A stretch of 64,000 bases of DNA from NCBI GenBank assembly GCA_905250025.1, contig CAJNOJ010000203.1:64001-128000 (forward strand), written 5' to 3'. The first letter of the stretch is position 1, and each line of letters opens with the position of its first letter. The DNA comes from Adineta ricciae. Lineage: Eukaryota. The position numbers were made by a program, and so were the translations under genes. Below, one piece after another: positions 35,358-48,600 of this stretch. The notes under the pieces were generated by a model. That model did no database searches, was not told the DNA's origin, and worked only from the letters and a program-made list of their open reading frames with translations.

Positions 35358-38300
35358 TTATTGTCGACGTCGTGCTGCTTTCCATTGTTCAATGGTTTGT
35401 TTCAACTCTGGTTGAGGAATCACGTCTTGCATACGTAATGGATTTCGATTGAATGGATCGATTTGATCACTCAGAAGATGCCGAGCAATCGTTGCGCGGT
35501 CAACAATTTGACGTGAACTTGGTAACATCACGGGATCAGTCATAAGGGTGCTCGTAATCGGATCGAGATATTCATCCGGTGCGTCGTCATACACAGCATC
35601 GTCTTCTTTTTGTTGTGCGGCAACGTCTTTGATGTGTTGGCCAAGCTTGATAAAAGCTTCGATTCGTTCAGGTGGATGACGAATTTTTTCGAGTACTTCA
35701 GCTGCTTGAGGAAACAATTGCTCGTTATACGACCTATGGAACGAAACAGATTTGTTTTCGAGTGTGTATTGATCTTTTTTTCCTCTTACATTCCATCCAC
35801 ACAAACAGCTGCACAAAATTCTTCGCGTTCGGCAAAATTCAAGTAAATGTCCGTCACCTTGGCAACTAATTTTTGTGGATCGAACTGATATTCATTGAAA
35901 TCGCGTACTTTTAGATTGCGTCGTTTCGGTCCGACCTATGCAGATCAAATGTTTGAACAATTTGGAATGAGACGGAAAACAAAAGTACGAACTAAATGCT
36001 GAAGAAAATAGTTCAACATCGAAGCCAGCCGTTCACAAATTGCTGGATTGCAAAAGATTGACTGAATATCACGTGTAATCATATCAAGAATAGTTAACTA
36101 AAGAAGCGAAATTATCAAAATTGGATACAGATCGTTTTTTTTCTCCGCTTACAGTTTTGATGCCCATAAGGTTTGTATATCGAGCTATTTGGCCTGTATG
36201 TCGAAATGTATTCTCTAGCTCTTGTCTCTGTTGATCTGGAAGACTTGCCCATTCACCACGATCCATCGCTTCTTGATTCTCCCTCAAACGAGCCATGTGC
36301 TGCAAACAAAAGAACAACAGTTTTCCAAAGCAACTATATTTAACTTTACCGATAATGCCTCGTCTAGTAAGTAGTTAGCATCGTTCATTAATAAACTTAT
36401 GAAACGAAGAAAGAGCGGAGCTTCTGCATCATCGATATGTTCCTCAGCATACTCTGCAAGTTTCTGAAGAAAAAGGTCAAGGAAATAATCATCAATGGTC
36501 GGTTTTGGACGAGAACATACTTTCACTTGTTCACGATGTTTATCAAATTTCCAAAGATATTCAAGAATTTCGTACATAGGCCGACGATAATTGAATTTCT
36601 GTTCGAATGCAACTGCCTGTCCAGTTAATTCAATCGAAACGAAAACATCGAGAAGAACACGTGGCAAATGTTCGATCAATGGATGATTCGTGAAAATTGT
36701 CTCTGCAAAGGAACTAATAACCAAAGAAAAGAAAATCTTCAGTTTCGTCAAATAACAAAACAAACCTGTTCAATGTTCGACCGCTACCATGTTGTTTGTT
36801 AGGGAGAATAGCTTCGAATGCTTCTGCCAGTGCAGCACGTAGATGTGGATTGCGTAGACGACTTGCATCACCCATAAATACCAAGACCAAAGTAACATAT
36901 TCATTAACATGTGCAAGTGACTTGAGAAAAACAAGAAATATTACTCGAAGCTCAATGATTAACAAGCAAAGTGTTTACTTCGAACAATTGCACATTAAAC
37001 CTGCTTAGAAACGTTAAATAGTTCGTGATGTTCTCCATAATAAATTCAGGAATAAAGCTCAGTTGTCGATTGGGTTTTGATAATAGCGGCAATTCTTTAA
37101 TCGGACGTAATTCCTCCGCACTTTCCGGATGATCGCATGCGGCAAGATGAACAAGCCATGAACATGTCGCAGTAAACAACGCATTTGATAGTTCCAATAA
37201 ACGAGGTTCATTTAGTACAGTTTTTATGTTGAGAAAAGCCGTCATGCCTGAAACGAACATATCAGTCAAATTGTTTTGGTGTTCAAGTTAAAGAAATCTC
37301 ATCACCTTTTTCCATTGCACTTTCTAGTCTTTGTGCACCTTCGTGACTCGCTCCATGTAATCGAATTGCATTGTTGTACGCATGTTGAACACGTGATAAC
37401 TCTTCATTGATCTGAGAAAACCAAATATCAACGAGGTTTCAGCTGAAACGAAGTATTTACCTTGAGTAAAGTCCGATGAAGTCTTTGTACTGAACATGAA
37501 TAACTTAGATGAGACATGAAGAAGATTTCAGTAATGAAATTAAATGTAATTGGACTAGTTTTTTCCGGAAGATTATCTTCATCACGAACGATCAATGGTG
37601 TATCCTTATGAAGATCTAACAAACGGAAACGAAGTCTAGGGGAAAGTGATACTTGATTGCATGCTATACCTCTCAAATGCACATTCTCATTTTCACTAAT
37701 TGCATAGATAGGATTGATCTTTAATAATTTCGGCGAATAAGGTTCACAAAATGGTCCAGCAAGGTTTAACAGCACAATATTCAAATTTAGTAGAAACCCA
37801 TCACTAGCATATACATAAGCAGTTAATGGGTTATGTGATGCCCATTCTTTGTTTTTGCCTAAAAGAAAATCAAGTTTCAGCTGTAGATTTGCAGGAAACA
37901 AAATACCTCGATTCTGAAATAAACAATCGCCAATCCATTTTAATACATCGTTACGTGCATCGGCACTTTTGACAAATGACCGAAACACTTGTGACAAATA
38001 TTCTTGATATCTTCCCATTGGCTACAGTGACTCGTAATGAAATCAACGAGAGAGTATACTGGATTCAATCTTACCTCCCACATGGTTCCAGCAGTTAGTT
38101 CAACATCACGCTCAGTCATTACTTTCGGTTTTTCAAAGAATAAATAAGGTTTGTCAGGTGTTGACGGTAGACATGATTTGGAAACAAGAGTTCCAACTAT
38201 CGTATCTTCAAAAGCTCGACCGCTAGTATTTCCTGTTCCGAGCGGATTTCGAAATGGACGATTCGATGATGTTTTCGGATCAGATAATCGAAACAGAAGC

Positions 38301-39201
38301 TAAACAGAATCGAATGAATGCAAATCATTGTCGACGAATATCTCACTCACTCGAACAAGTATTCCCCATTTTGCCAGCTGAGTCAATATTCCAATGTATG
38401 AAAACAATTCCGTTGAGTAATAATAGAGCGGTTTAATCGCTATATACATATGACGAAAGACCGACTCATAGAGATTTTCCATTTCATCGGTAGATGTCGA
38501 TGATAATACATCATTGTTAATACAATCTGTATACTCGTGTATCGATGGATTTTCTAAATTGTTTCAAATAGAGACAATAAAATGGCTGAGTTCAAGGTTT
38601 ACCTTGACCATCAAGTAACAAATCTAACCATTGTTTGGATAGATCTTGCCCATCGTAAAGATCCGGTAGAGAAATTGCTGTTTTACTATGATTGACAAAT
38701 AATTGCTTAATCTCATCAAGTACTGATTGAAAACGATCCTATTTTGTAAACAAAATTCATATGCATGACTATGTTGAAAAGAAGAATGCTTACCCGTTGT
38801 CGAAGTAATCTCTGATAACATGCAGATAAGTAAATCAAACATCGCGTTTCTACAATTACACTTTCATCCGTTCGACTTGTTGACTTTTTTGTTGTTGTTG
38901 ACGATGATGACGATGACGTTAACAATTGACTGACTGGATCAGTCATTCGTAAACGTTCGAACAGAGCTTGGTCTACTAGATTTTTGTCCCAGTGTTCCGG
39001 TTGTTCATTTCCTAATTCTGCAAGATAAATGAGTGACGATGAGGGTTGCTCGTTGACTGTACAAAGAAGAACATATTCAAGTACATCTTGATAGATATTC
39101 GATACTATTGAGGGATTGTTAGCGATCGAGGCAGGTTTTGTAGACGAAGTTGAATACGGGCTCGACGATGAATCCGAGAGAATTAGAAAGGGATTCGACA
39201 T
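35358..39201 (-). CDS. UFD2: Ubiquitin conjugation factor E4 (UFD2/UBE4 family) with C-terminal U-box; multi-exon
   Basis: The terminal exon contains a U-box ([48 protein letters not shown]). Upstream exons (36284-38018) encode the UFD2 core (…[42 protein letters not shown]…). The likely start is [10 protein letters not shown] at 39201. Confidence 0.7.
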
Positions 39202-39711
39202 GATGAAAAATCAATAAATAATGATGCTAAGCGGACGAGACGTTGCAATGAATTGTAGGAAAAGGAGAAAACAGAGTAAAACAGAACACGTTGTTTCATT
39301 TGTCCTTCTCAACTTTCTATCAGGCAACGAACGCTGAGTCATCTAGAATATAGATGTCACTGATTTATTAGTCTATCAGTAATTGATTTTATGCAAAAAA
39401 ATACGCTTTATCATATTGTTTGCGAATAGAAATTTATTTTCACGAAACAACAAAGGAGAAAATATTTATCATAGATGTGTTGAGCAGACGGGAGAGTAGT
39501 GTCACTGAGGTATACCGAATATTCTCCAAGTAGATGAGGAAGAGTTCGTTGTTCGTTGTTGAGATTGATTCGTAGTGGGTTTCGTTAGTGATGTGTGTGG
39601 GTTCGAACTAAATAAAAATGAATAGATTGGTTGATTTTTTGAGAGAATACTCTTACTGGTTTTGGTTAAACACTTGAGAATATGATCGGGGAGTGTATTT
39701 TGGTGATTGAG

Positions 39712-40788
39712 CTAGTGTTTTAGAATAGTTGATTCGAGAGAAAGAAAACAGAGATATTTACCATTATGTTTTATATCTTGTACAGCTGCATTTTGATTGA
39801 AATGTCGGTCATAGGATGTTGAATAGTACGACACTGGTTCACGTTTATCGAAAAAGCGATTTTCCTCAACGAGTCTTTTCAAGCGTTCATTTCTCTCTTG
39901 ACCTGATGAGTGTTGTCTTTGTGAGGGTACTAACCAAGATGTAGATGATTGAACTGGCTGTTTGAGAGACGAGCTTTTCTCTTTGGAATTTGCAACGATT
40001 GATTCAGTGAAAAATCCTTGATAAACAACAAAGTTGTTAACCTGATGGATAGGCGAGCAGAGATTGTAATGTTTATGAAGAAATGCTAAACATTTGCTCG
40101 ATGGACGATCCACCGGTAGTTCGTGTGGAGCACATTTTTCAAACTAAATTCAGTTTCAAAGTTTTGTCAACATCGAGAACAAACGTATTGTTGTTCACTC
40201 ACACTGAGCATGGTGTCGAATAATTTTTTGCCATAGCCTAATCTCTGTTTGCTTTCATGAACATAAAAATCCAGGACACACAATGGCGTTCGTTCGTATA
40301 CTTGACCATTTGTGTCGTAAATATACAGATGTTTTGGGCCGACTTTTAAAATGCCAACAACTGAACCTTTGTTGCTAGAAGATGAGAAACTATAATAACT
40401 TTGACTTTTGCAAGAGAACTATACTTGTTATCGTCGGATTTCTTTACGATATATAAATGATGATCGGACATGCGTAGTTTACGTGCTGTGGTTATCGGAC
40501 CGTATAATCCCTGTGCCTAGATGATTGAAATAACGAAAAAAATGTGCTGAAAATTAGTTTGAACTGATTTTACTTTAAATGAAGCGTCACCCATCGCATC
40601 AATAATCGACGTAAGTTTTTCCGGAGCGCTGCAAAGCAATTCTATTGTGATGAAAGAAGTGAGGCCAACAGTTGACGTACTCACACTATTCGAATCGATT
40701 CACCTGGATTGAGAACTCGATAATCTCCATTGATTATTGTCAATTCAAAAGGTAAAACTTGATTTATATCAAATGGAAATTCCATCCT
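39712..40788 (-). CDS. ATAT1: Alpha-tubulin N-acetyltransferase (ATAT1/MEC-17), multi-exon
   Basis: Exon 1 [22 protein letters not shown]… matches human ATAT1 MEFPFDVDALFPERITVLD. A later exon [28 protein letters not shown] matches [28 protein letters not shown]. The last exon [27 protein letters not shown] matches [27 protein letters not shown]. Confidence 0.75.
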
Positions 40789-42699
40789 ATTTCTTTATGA
40801 AACTTTCCTATATTCCCATACTCTTGTAGCCATTACACTTGTCATTCCTCCGAACGACATCCTCTGTTATTGTTTCTTTCCAATGAAATTAAAGACCAGT
40901 ACAACGAAATCAGCGCGCTATATCGTGTTTCACTCGGCCTTACCGTATTGCACTCGGAGAAAATATGAAGAGTTCAGATACAATTTGTGCTTGAACCATT
41001 TTTCTTCAGTTTTGAATTTTGGCATCAACTGCATGTGTGCCCTTAGGAAATCTAGAATTCAACGAAAATATTCGTTAGCAGTTGTTATGTTATTAGGTAT
41101 ATCATTGATTAGGTTGAAAAGTAACTGATTGCATTTGAAGATTCATCATTGTACAGTATATAGGGAATCTTTCGAAATTTTATATAGATCATGTGTCTAA
41201 ATGTGATATCATCTTAGGGGATCACTGGATATACATGATTGACTACAATTTAAGATATTTTTAAAACTCGTGGAATAGCAGTATTTTGTACAAAGTTCTC
41301 ATGCTGTTAAATGTCTGTTTCTGATAGCGTACATTAAAAACAAGATAGATATTCATGATCCTTTTGATGCATTCAAAAGGGAGCGGTGCATTACAACACG
41401 TGTTTCGAATAATCTTTAAAATTTATAGGGCTTTTACGAAGAGTTTTTGCGTCAATACTATGATGGAGAATGCAGGAGCTTTCCGTTGCATTAAATTAAC
41501 GAGCAACTTGAAGTGGCCGAGCTGTTGCTATGAAACTAGGAACCGTTATCCATTACATCTACTTACTGATAATTCTATTGAAGGACGACGAGGATACGCT
41601 TCACATTATTGAATTTGTGTATAAAGTAGATAAGTTGTAAAAAATCATGAGACTTTTCCAGTACACTTCGAAGTATTAGAATTATACTCATCCAGCAAAC
41701 TATCTCTGTAATAATTCTTTGAATGATATACAAGACAAAGAGATTATTGTTCGTAATACCTCTTCGAATATTTAACCTACCTTTGATCAATCTTTTCACT
41801 GTGAATACCTTTTTATAACAAAGATTTATCGGACATATCAGTAAATTACACATGGTTTTTATTCTATACAAACAAAATGTTTCAATCAATAAGAGAATTT
41901 GATCCGTGGTTGTTGTCGTTGTATATTGGTTCTGGTTGCATTGGAGATACCGTTATTACCAACTAGGTATATAGCTTGTATCGTCTAAAAACAAAAAGAC
42001 GGACGTCGAAATGAAGAAAGGCCGAGTCATTCACTATGTGGTTTCTTATTGAATCTACAAGAGATCGTGTCCCATTATCTATGATCTAATTATTTCAAAG
42101 GTTTAAAGTAGTAAGTATCGGTGCAAACATTAACAAAACCTGTGTATTATCCATTGATTGTCAATATCTCATTGCTTTCGATGGTTAAGTAGATCCATAA
42201 GCTGACAAATAATTCTAATAGCGTGTTAAGCCTTAGTTCAAAAGGGTATTTCAGGCGCTGTACAAGTGTAACTATTCTATGTGACTTTTTATTAGACTTG
42301 TCATCATCTCAAATATGTTCTTTATCTGTTTATTTTCTTACAAAAAAAGATCGACCGTTTCTCTAACAGTTTTTATATAGAAAAAAATTTACCCTATGAG
42401 TTGACCTTAACTCATCACATCCAAAAGGAATGTGTTATTTCATTCGAACCTTGAATATTTAAAATAGAACAAGAATGTGATGACTGGTGTAATCTCTCTC
42501 TCTTCATGCTCTAAGATTTTATTGACTATTTAAATACAATATTCACTAATGCGTTTCCTTTCTCTACTGTGGAGTATTTACAGTCTATTCTGCCTTATGT
42601 GGTGCTTTTTTGAAAACATTTTACTATTTTTAGACACAAATAAATAATTGGATAAGGATCTCTGTCGTTGTATCTGGAAACTTAGTTAAACAAAGTAGC

Positions 42700-45600
42700 T
42701 TACTCTGTTCTGTCCCAATGCGTTGCTCAACTGTTGTGCTCCGTCATTTCCAATCTGATTACCAGAAAGATACAACTCCTTGAGTCCCTAGGTAAAAATA
42801 CAGAGATGATTAAAAATCAAAGTAAGAGTGCTTTTCTCAAAAATTAACTTTTAGTACGTTATTATATCAGAACTCATCGTAAACAACATATTTTTGAAGT
42901 GAAATAAAACGACGAAAGCTCTATCTTCGCAATAGAGATACATCTATTATTCAAACAAAATAAATCCTCTGTATTTACGATGCACGATATTCCGTTTCTT
43001 AAGAGAATATTTTCTACAGTTCGTAACGTTCATCAACACACTGGACACTCATCGACCGAATAGATAGCTTACTTGATTCTGAGTCAGCATACCAGCGAGG
43101 TGCCGTGCACCCTCATCCTTGATTTGATTTTCATGTAGATATAGATGCGTTAATGTCTATACATACAATTGAAAAACATTATCAAAGATGTTCACTGTCA
43201 TTGTTAAATTTTCCTAACTGTGTCTCTCGTGTCATTTCGGTTCTCGAAGTAACTACAAAACAATCATAAATGTCGTGTCATACGTTCTTTTCATTCTACT
43301 ACCAATTTTCCCGGTTAGATTTGTTTCGAAATGATCGCATTTTGATGGTGACTAGTAATATCAAACTTAATCACGATTTTGCACAAGATGATCTTATTGA
43401 AATTATTTGCTCATAGAACTAACAAATAGAAAACCTTGTTATTATTAGTGTGTATATTCGCTTCAATCTTGAAGTCTAATTATTTCACTTTCTCGATCAA
43501 ATTTGAGAATAATTAATGATAAAAATGTAAATTACACTCAACTATTCATGTTCTATTTCATTATACTGCAGCTAAATCGAATTCTACACTACTAACGAAT
43601 ATTTTTAGTTGGAAAAATCACCTACCCTATTGTTATTCAGCGCATTGGCTAATTGTTCTGCTCCTGTGTTTGTAATTTGATTTCCACCCAAATACAGAAC
43701 GGTAAGAACCTATTCGTAAAAGTAAAAAGTTCAATTACAACTCATAGTCTAACTAAAATGATTTAACTAATTTTCTTATTTTCTAAGAACAAAACACAGA
43801 CGAATGATTGAAAAGGTGTGTGATGATCGTTATGAATAAAAAGAAATACATCTCGTCTCACAAATTGATGTCAGTGATCACATTCTCAGAAGTCTTTTCT
43901 TATTATCGTGAGATTAAATATTTTCGATTAGGATTAAGAATTCTGTGAAATACAAAATGCATCCATATATCAAAACAGAAAAGCAAAAGTTCGCATTTAC
44001 ACTAATGAAATGCTCTAAACTAATCGTTCATGGTCTTCTATTTATTATTCGCTAATAAGACTAATTATAACAAGAGTAAATCACAAATAATCATTGTTTA
44101 TCGATTAAAAACATTCTTCCAGTGATAATAATTTTAGAATGAAACTGTGATACGAGATGATTTCTCTTCTTGATAATTGAATTAATCAATGATTTATATT
44201 TATCACTATGTAGATCTGCATCAAACAAAGTATAGAGCCCTTCATTAAGAGAATCGGAAAAATATCGTATTTCCCTTGCACAAAACTGATGCTCTGATCA
44301 ATCTTCGACGAGATTTATCGAAAAATCTCAGCGTATGTTTTTAGGATTAATTATCAATATATCGTACAAACTGTCGATATAATCTCAATTTCAGATCATT
44401 TGATGATGATCGTATTTCAAACAACATCCGTCGATTAGTTTGCTAGACTATGACAGATAGTTCTTGCGTAAAGCAGAAGAATACTTCGAACTAGGGAGAG
44501 CAGTTTACCTGGTTTCTTATCAATGCTTCGGCAATACGCTGTGCTCCAGTATCTTTAATTTGGTTTGCTTCCAAACCAAGGTGAGTTAACGTCTACAACG
44601 AAACGGTAGTATGAAGAGGGATGCATAAATACTGAATGAAAACAATTGAATGTCATTTGTTTTCGAGAAAGTCGCTCTGTTTCGTACATAGAAGATAGAA
44701 GTACTCTTCTGGTTGGTGTGATAACAGTTTCAAGAGTCATGAATATCAAGTTTAATGAACTTGATGGAGAAGTAAAAGCAAGAGGAGACATAAAGCAAAG
44801 TGTAAATTTGGAGGACGAAGACAATATAAATATTTAAACAAGTGAAGAATCACTTGTTTTGTTACAATAAGAAACAGCTTCACAAATTTACAACTAACCT
44901 ACTGATAAATCACTTAACTATCTGTAGACAAAGTGTTTTAAAGGAAATGGTTTAGTAAAATTTTCGTTATCGATATAAACATGATACTACGATGAAATGA
45001 ACATCAAAATTCGAATGTATAATTCAAATTAAAAAATATCTTATTCGTTCTCAGCACTTCTTCAATATATTACATGTCGATATAAATAATTTTATGTCAG
45101 TTGTTGTACTGAACAGTATAAAGAAATAATCGATGACACAACAAGGAAACTCAAATTGTTCTTTCAAAATTAAACATTTCTTTATTGGTTACTTCTGAAG
45201 CGGTGTTGTGACTTTACATTATACACATAGCCTAGTCTCAATCTGGGAAATATTTGCATTTTATTCAAACTTATTAGATGATCTTCTTCTAAATTGAAAA
45301 GTGCTCTTCACCCTCAATTGTCTTATTCGATACGGTTCAAGATCTATCTATAATTTAAAAACTGACTATCAAAGATAGTTACCTGATTAGTTCGAAGAAC
45401 ATTAGCTAAATACTCCGCACCTGTGTCGGTAATTCGATTTTGATAAAGTCCCAATTGAGTAAGTGTCTACTCGTCAGAACGATAAAAGAAATTAAGTCAA
45501 AATTTAGAAGAAAAGTATTTAATTTATAAATCAACTAGATAGTCTGATTATTTAACAGTACGATTTAAATTATTATAAAAAATTCAATTCAATTATGTTT

Positions 45601-48600
45601 TATTAATGAAATGAGGTTTTGTAAGGAATTGAATTCTATTTAACTAAGGAAAATATTTATTAGATAAAAATTTGCAATTTTGATAATATCTCACACAATG
45701 ACGCATGAATACGTGCTCATAAAATACTACCTAAGTTTAAAACTACCTTATTTCAATGTAAAACTATGTCGAATGCGACATTTTCTTCGAACACTCAAAA
45801 TTGATTCGCTCAGATGTCATGAAAGGATCTCAAGGTTTGTATTTTTACGAATTTGAACATTTTCTCAAGAAATAAATCCAAAGTAAAACTCACTGTGTTG
45901 TGTTCTAGTGATCGGACAAGGTGCTGCACTCCATCATCTCCGATCCTATTCGAGCCAAGACCCAAAACAGTGAGAGTCTACACGAAAAAATACCGATTGA
46001 GAGTGTTAAAGTCATGTAAGCATCAGAATTTTCATTCGATTCATTATTAACTGACAATAAGTGCCAGGAAGTGTGAACGATATAAACCTTTCATTTCAAA
46101 TATTCTTATCTGACCAAAAATATACGTGAAAAAACAATCGCAAATAAGTTAGATGGACAAGACTAAATTAAATCATAGAATAGAGATGATTACGGAAAGT
46201 GTGTGGAGAACAAAAGAAATATCTTCAATAAAATTCATATCTCTCACCGCGAAACTTGTTTGCTTATACATATACGTCGATCAAAAGAGTTTATTTCAAT
46301 GGAAAAAAACTTCTTACTCGATTGTTCTCTAACATATTTGCGAAGTGTTGTGCTCCAACATCTGTGATTGCATTAGCACCGAGATAAACTTCTTTAAGAG
46401 TCTACGGATACAAAACGAAGAAATGAATAAGAATTGAAATCTAATTTATTATCTACTCGATTATTAGTAACTTATCAAACGTTAACAACTTTACTATTTA
46501 TAATCGACATGGAGATGATAACTAAAATTTGAAGTCAAAATCAGCAACTGATATTCTAATTCTTCTGACAGTTAAATATATTCATCCGATGGCTAATCTA
46601 ATGCAAAAAATTGATCTGGAACAACATAAATCATTCCAATGAACTCAGAAGTAGATCTACTATCAAAATAATATTAATCGTAAATATTATTTCTGAAAAA
46701 GAAAGCGAAATAGAAGACTTTGTAAAAATCGGTTGTGTATGCAGAGGACACGATGAAGACTTAATTGATACATTCGTGTGTTCGTTTTTAAACTGAGAAA
46801 AAGTGTCTCAGATCGTTTCTCATATATTTAACCAATGTGAGAAATTGATTTGAGAAAAATGACGCGAGGAGTTTTTGAATGAGTCAAATAGAAATTTCAA
46901 GGTAATAATGAAAGTGATTTTTGACGAATAACTATTTGAATTTGGTGCATTCATACTGTTCCATAACATAAAATTGAGGAAAATTGTTCAAAATCGATAT
47001 CCATTCACTACGAATTCAATCTACAACCCTCAGTCGTTGGCACTCAAATGTGGTTGTAAAGTATTCAAAAATTGATAGAAAAAACGTGTGTTATAGAATG
47101 TAGTTCTCCGCACTCAAACAATTGCTAATAAACTCAACTCACTTGGTTAGTTGTTAAAGCATTTGCGATGTGCTGAGCTCCACCATCTCCGATCTGATTA
47201 TTATGTAACCAAAGCTGCTGCAGTGTCTGTAATACAAACACCAGACATGTTTAGAAATAGTAATGATCGTACAGTAAATATTTTCTCAAGAAGAAATTAA
47301 CTTCACTTTATGGATTCTCCTCAAATATCGTTTCGAATTTCAATGTATCGTTTTTATCAAAGTTTCCGAGTTAATATTAAATGATATCTATTCTATGCTT
47401 TCGTCATTGTTTCTTCTATTTTATCATTAACGGAATGAGATCATCTCTTCAAATGTTTTATTCATACAAACCTAAAGTTTAGCAATCTGATCGTATACTG
47501 TCTCATTCTGAATATCTTCGAGCTGTTTTTATGACTTACAAAATATCAGCACTAAGTAATCTAATTTATGAAACTAACTTACTTGATTTGTTCGTAACAT
47601 TTCAGCTAATTTTTGTGCTCCATTATCTCCGATTTGATTTACACCCAAATCGATGATAGTTAAACTCTATATTGAATGAAATTCAAAAGTCATGTGGCAT
47701 CTTTAGTACGCGCTTGAGTAAATCGATTAAACAAGATATTGAAAGCTCTATCACTATCTCAATGAAATCTGAACTGACTTAGTCAACTGAATCTGAACTA
47801 ATAACACAACTACTATACTCAAAATATAAGCATTAAAATAAGTAAAAAGCAATACGACAGAATGTACGAAGTGTTTATGTTTGATTGATGTCACATCTGT
47901 GTTCATCGTTACTATTAGTGAAAATGAATACTCACTCTATTGACTGTTAAAGCATTTGCTAGATGCTGAGCGCCATTTTCACCAATCTGGTTACTTCGAA
48001 GATCCAAAATTTCAAGTGTCTATATTTATCGATTGGGATGAGATTATTTTAGAGAGTATATGAATAGTCTGAACTATGGATCACTATGTTCACTATTCAA
48101 GTCTTATTTCTTCGATAAGTATATCTCTTATTCTAGCAATTCTCGCATTTACCTTCTCAAAACTACTCTATGCTGTAATCGAACTCAAATCTCCATTTCT
48201 AACAGTTTCATAAAACTATTGAAAACGCAATCGACATCTTTATTTGAAGGATATACAAAACAAATAAACTCACTTGATTTCTCGTTAACGCGTCGGCTAA
48301 ATGTCTTGCTCCGATGTCTCCAATCTGATTATTATATAAATTCAACTCCTTCAACACCTATAGAAAAAAGAAGAAGATGATGATAACATCGAGTAACTGT
48401 CTGTAAAATATTCAGTTTGATCGATTAACACTATGCTTAACATGAAATTTAAAGAACGCAACTCTTTCACGGTTAGTCATAATTCGAATAATTATTTTAA
48501 AAACTCACTCACGCTGTGGATATAATAAAGTAATCTATTTCTCGATGATCCTATTCTTATTTGTTAAATCAACTCACTGTGTTAACTTTCAATGCTTCTG

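Noticed and set aside
44555-48380. ORFs of 60-106 aa inside or opposite the LRR region (44555-44824 minus, 44646-44837 plus, 45853-46050 plus, 46611-46796 plus, 48060-48380 plus)
   Set aside because: They lie in AT-rich introns or on the strand antisense to LRR exons. They have no domains, Kozak context or paralog support.
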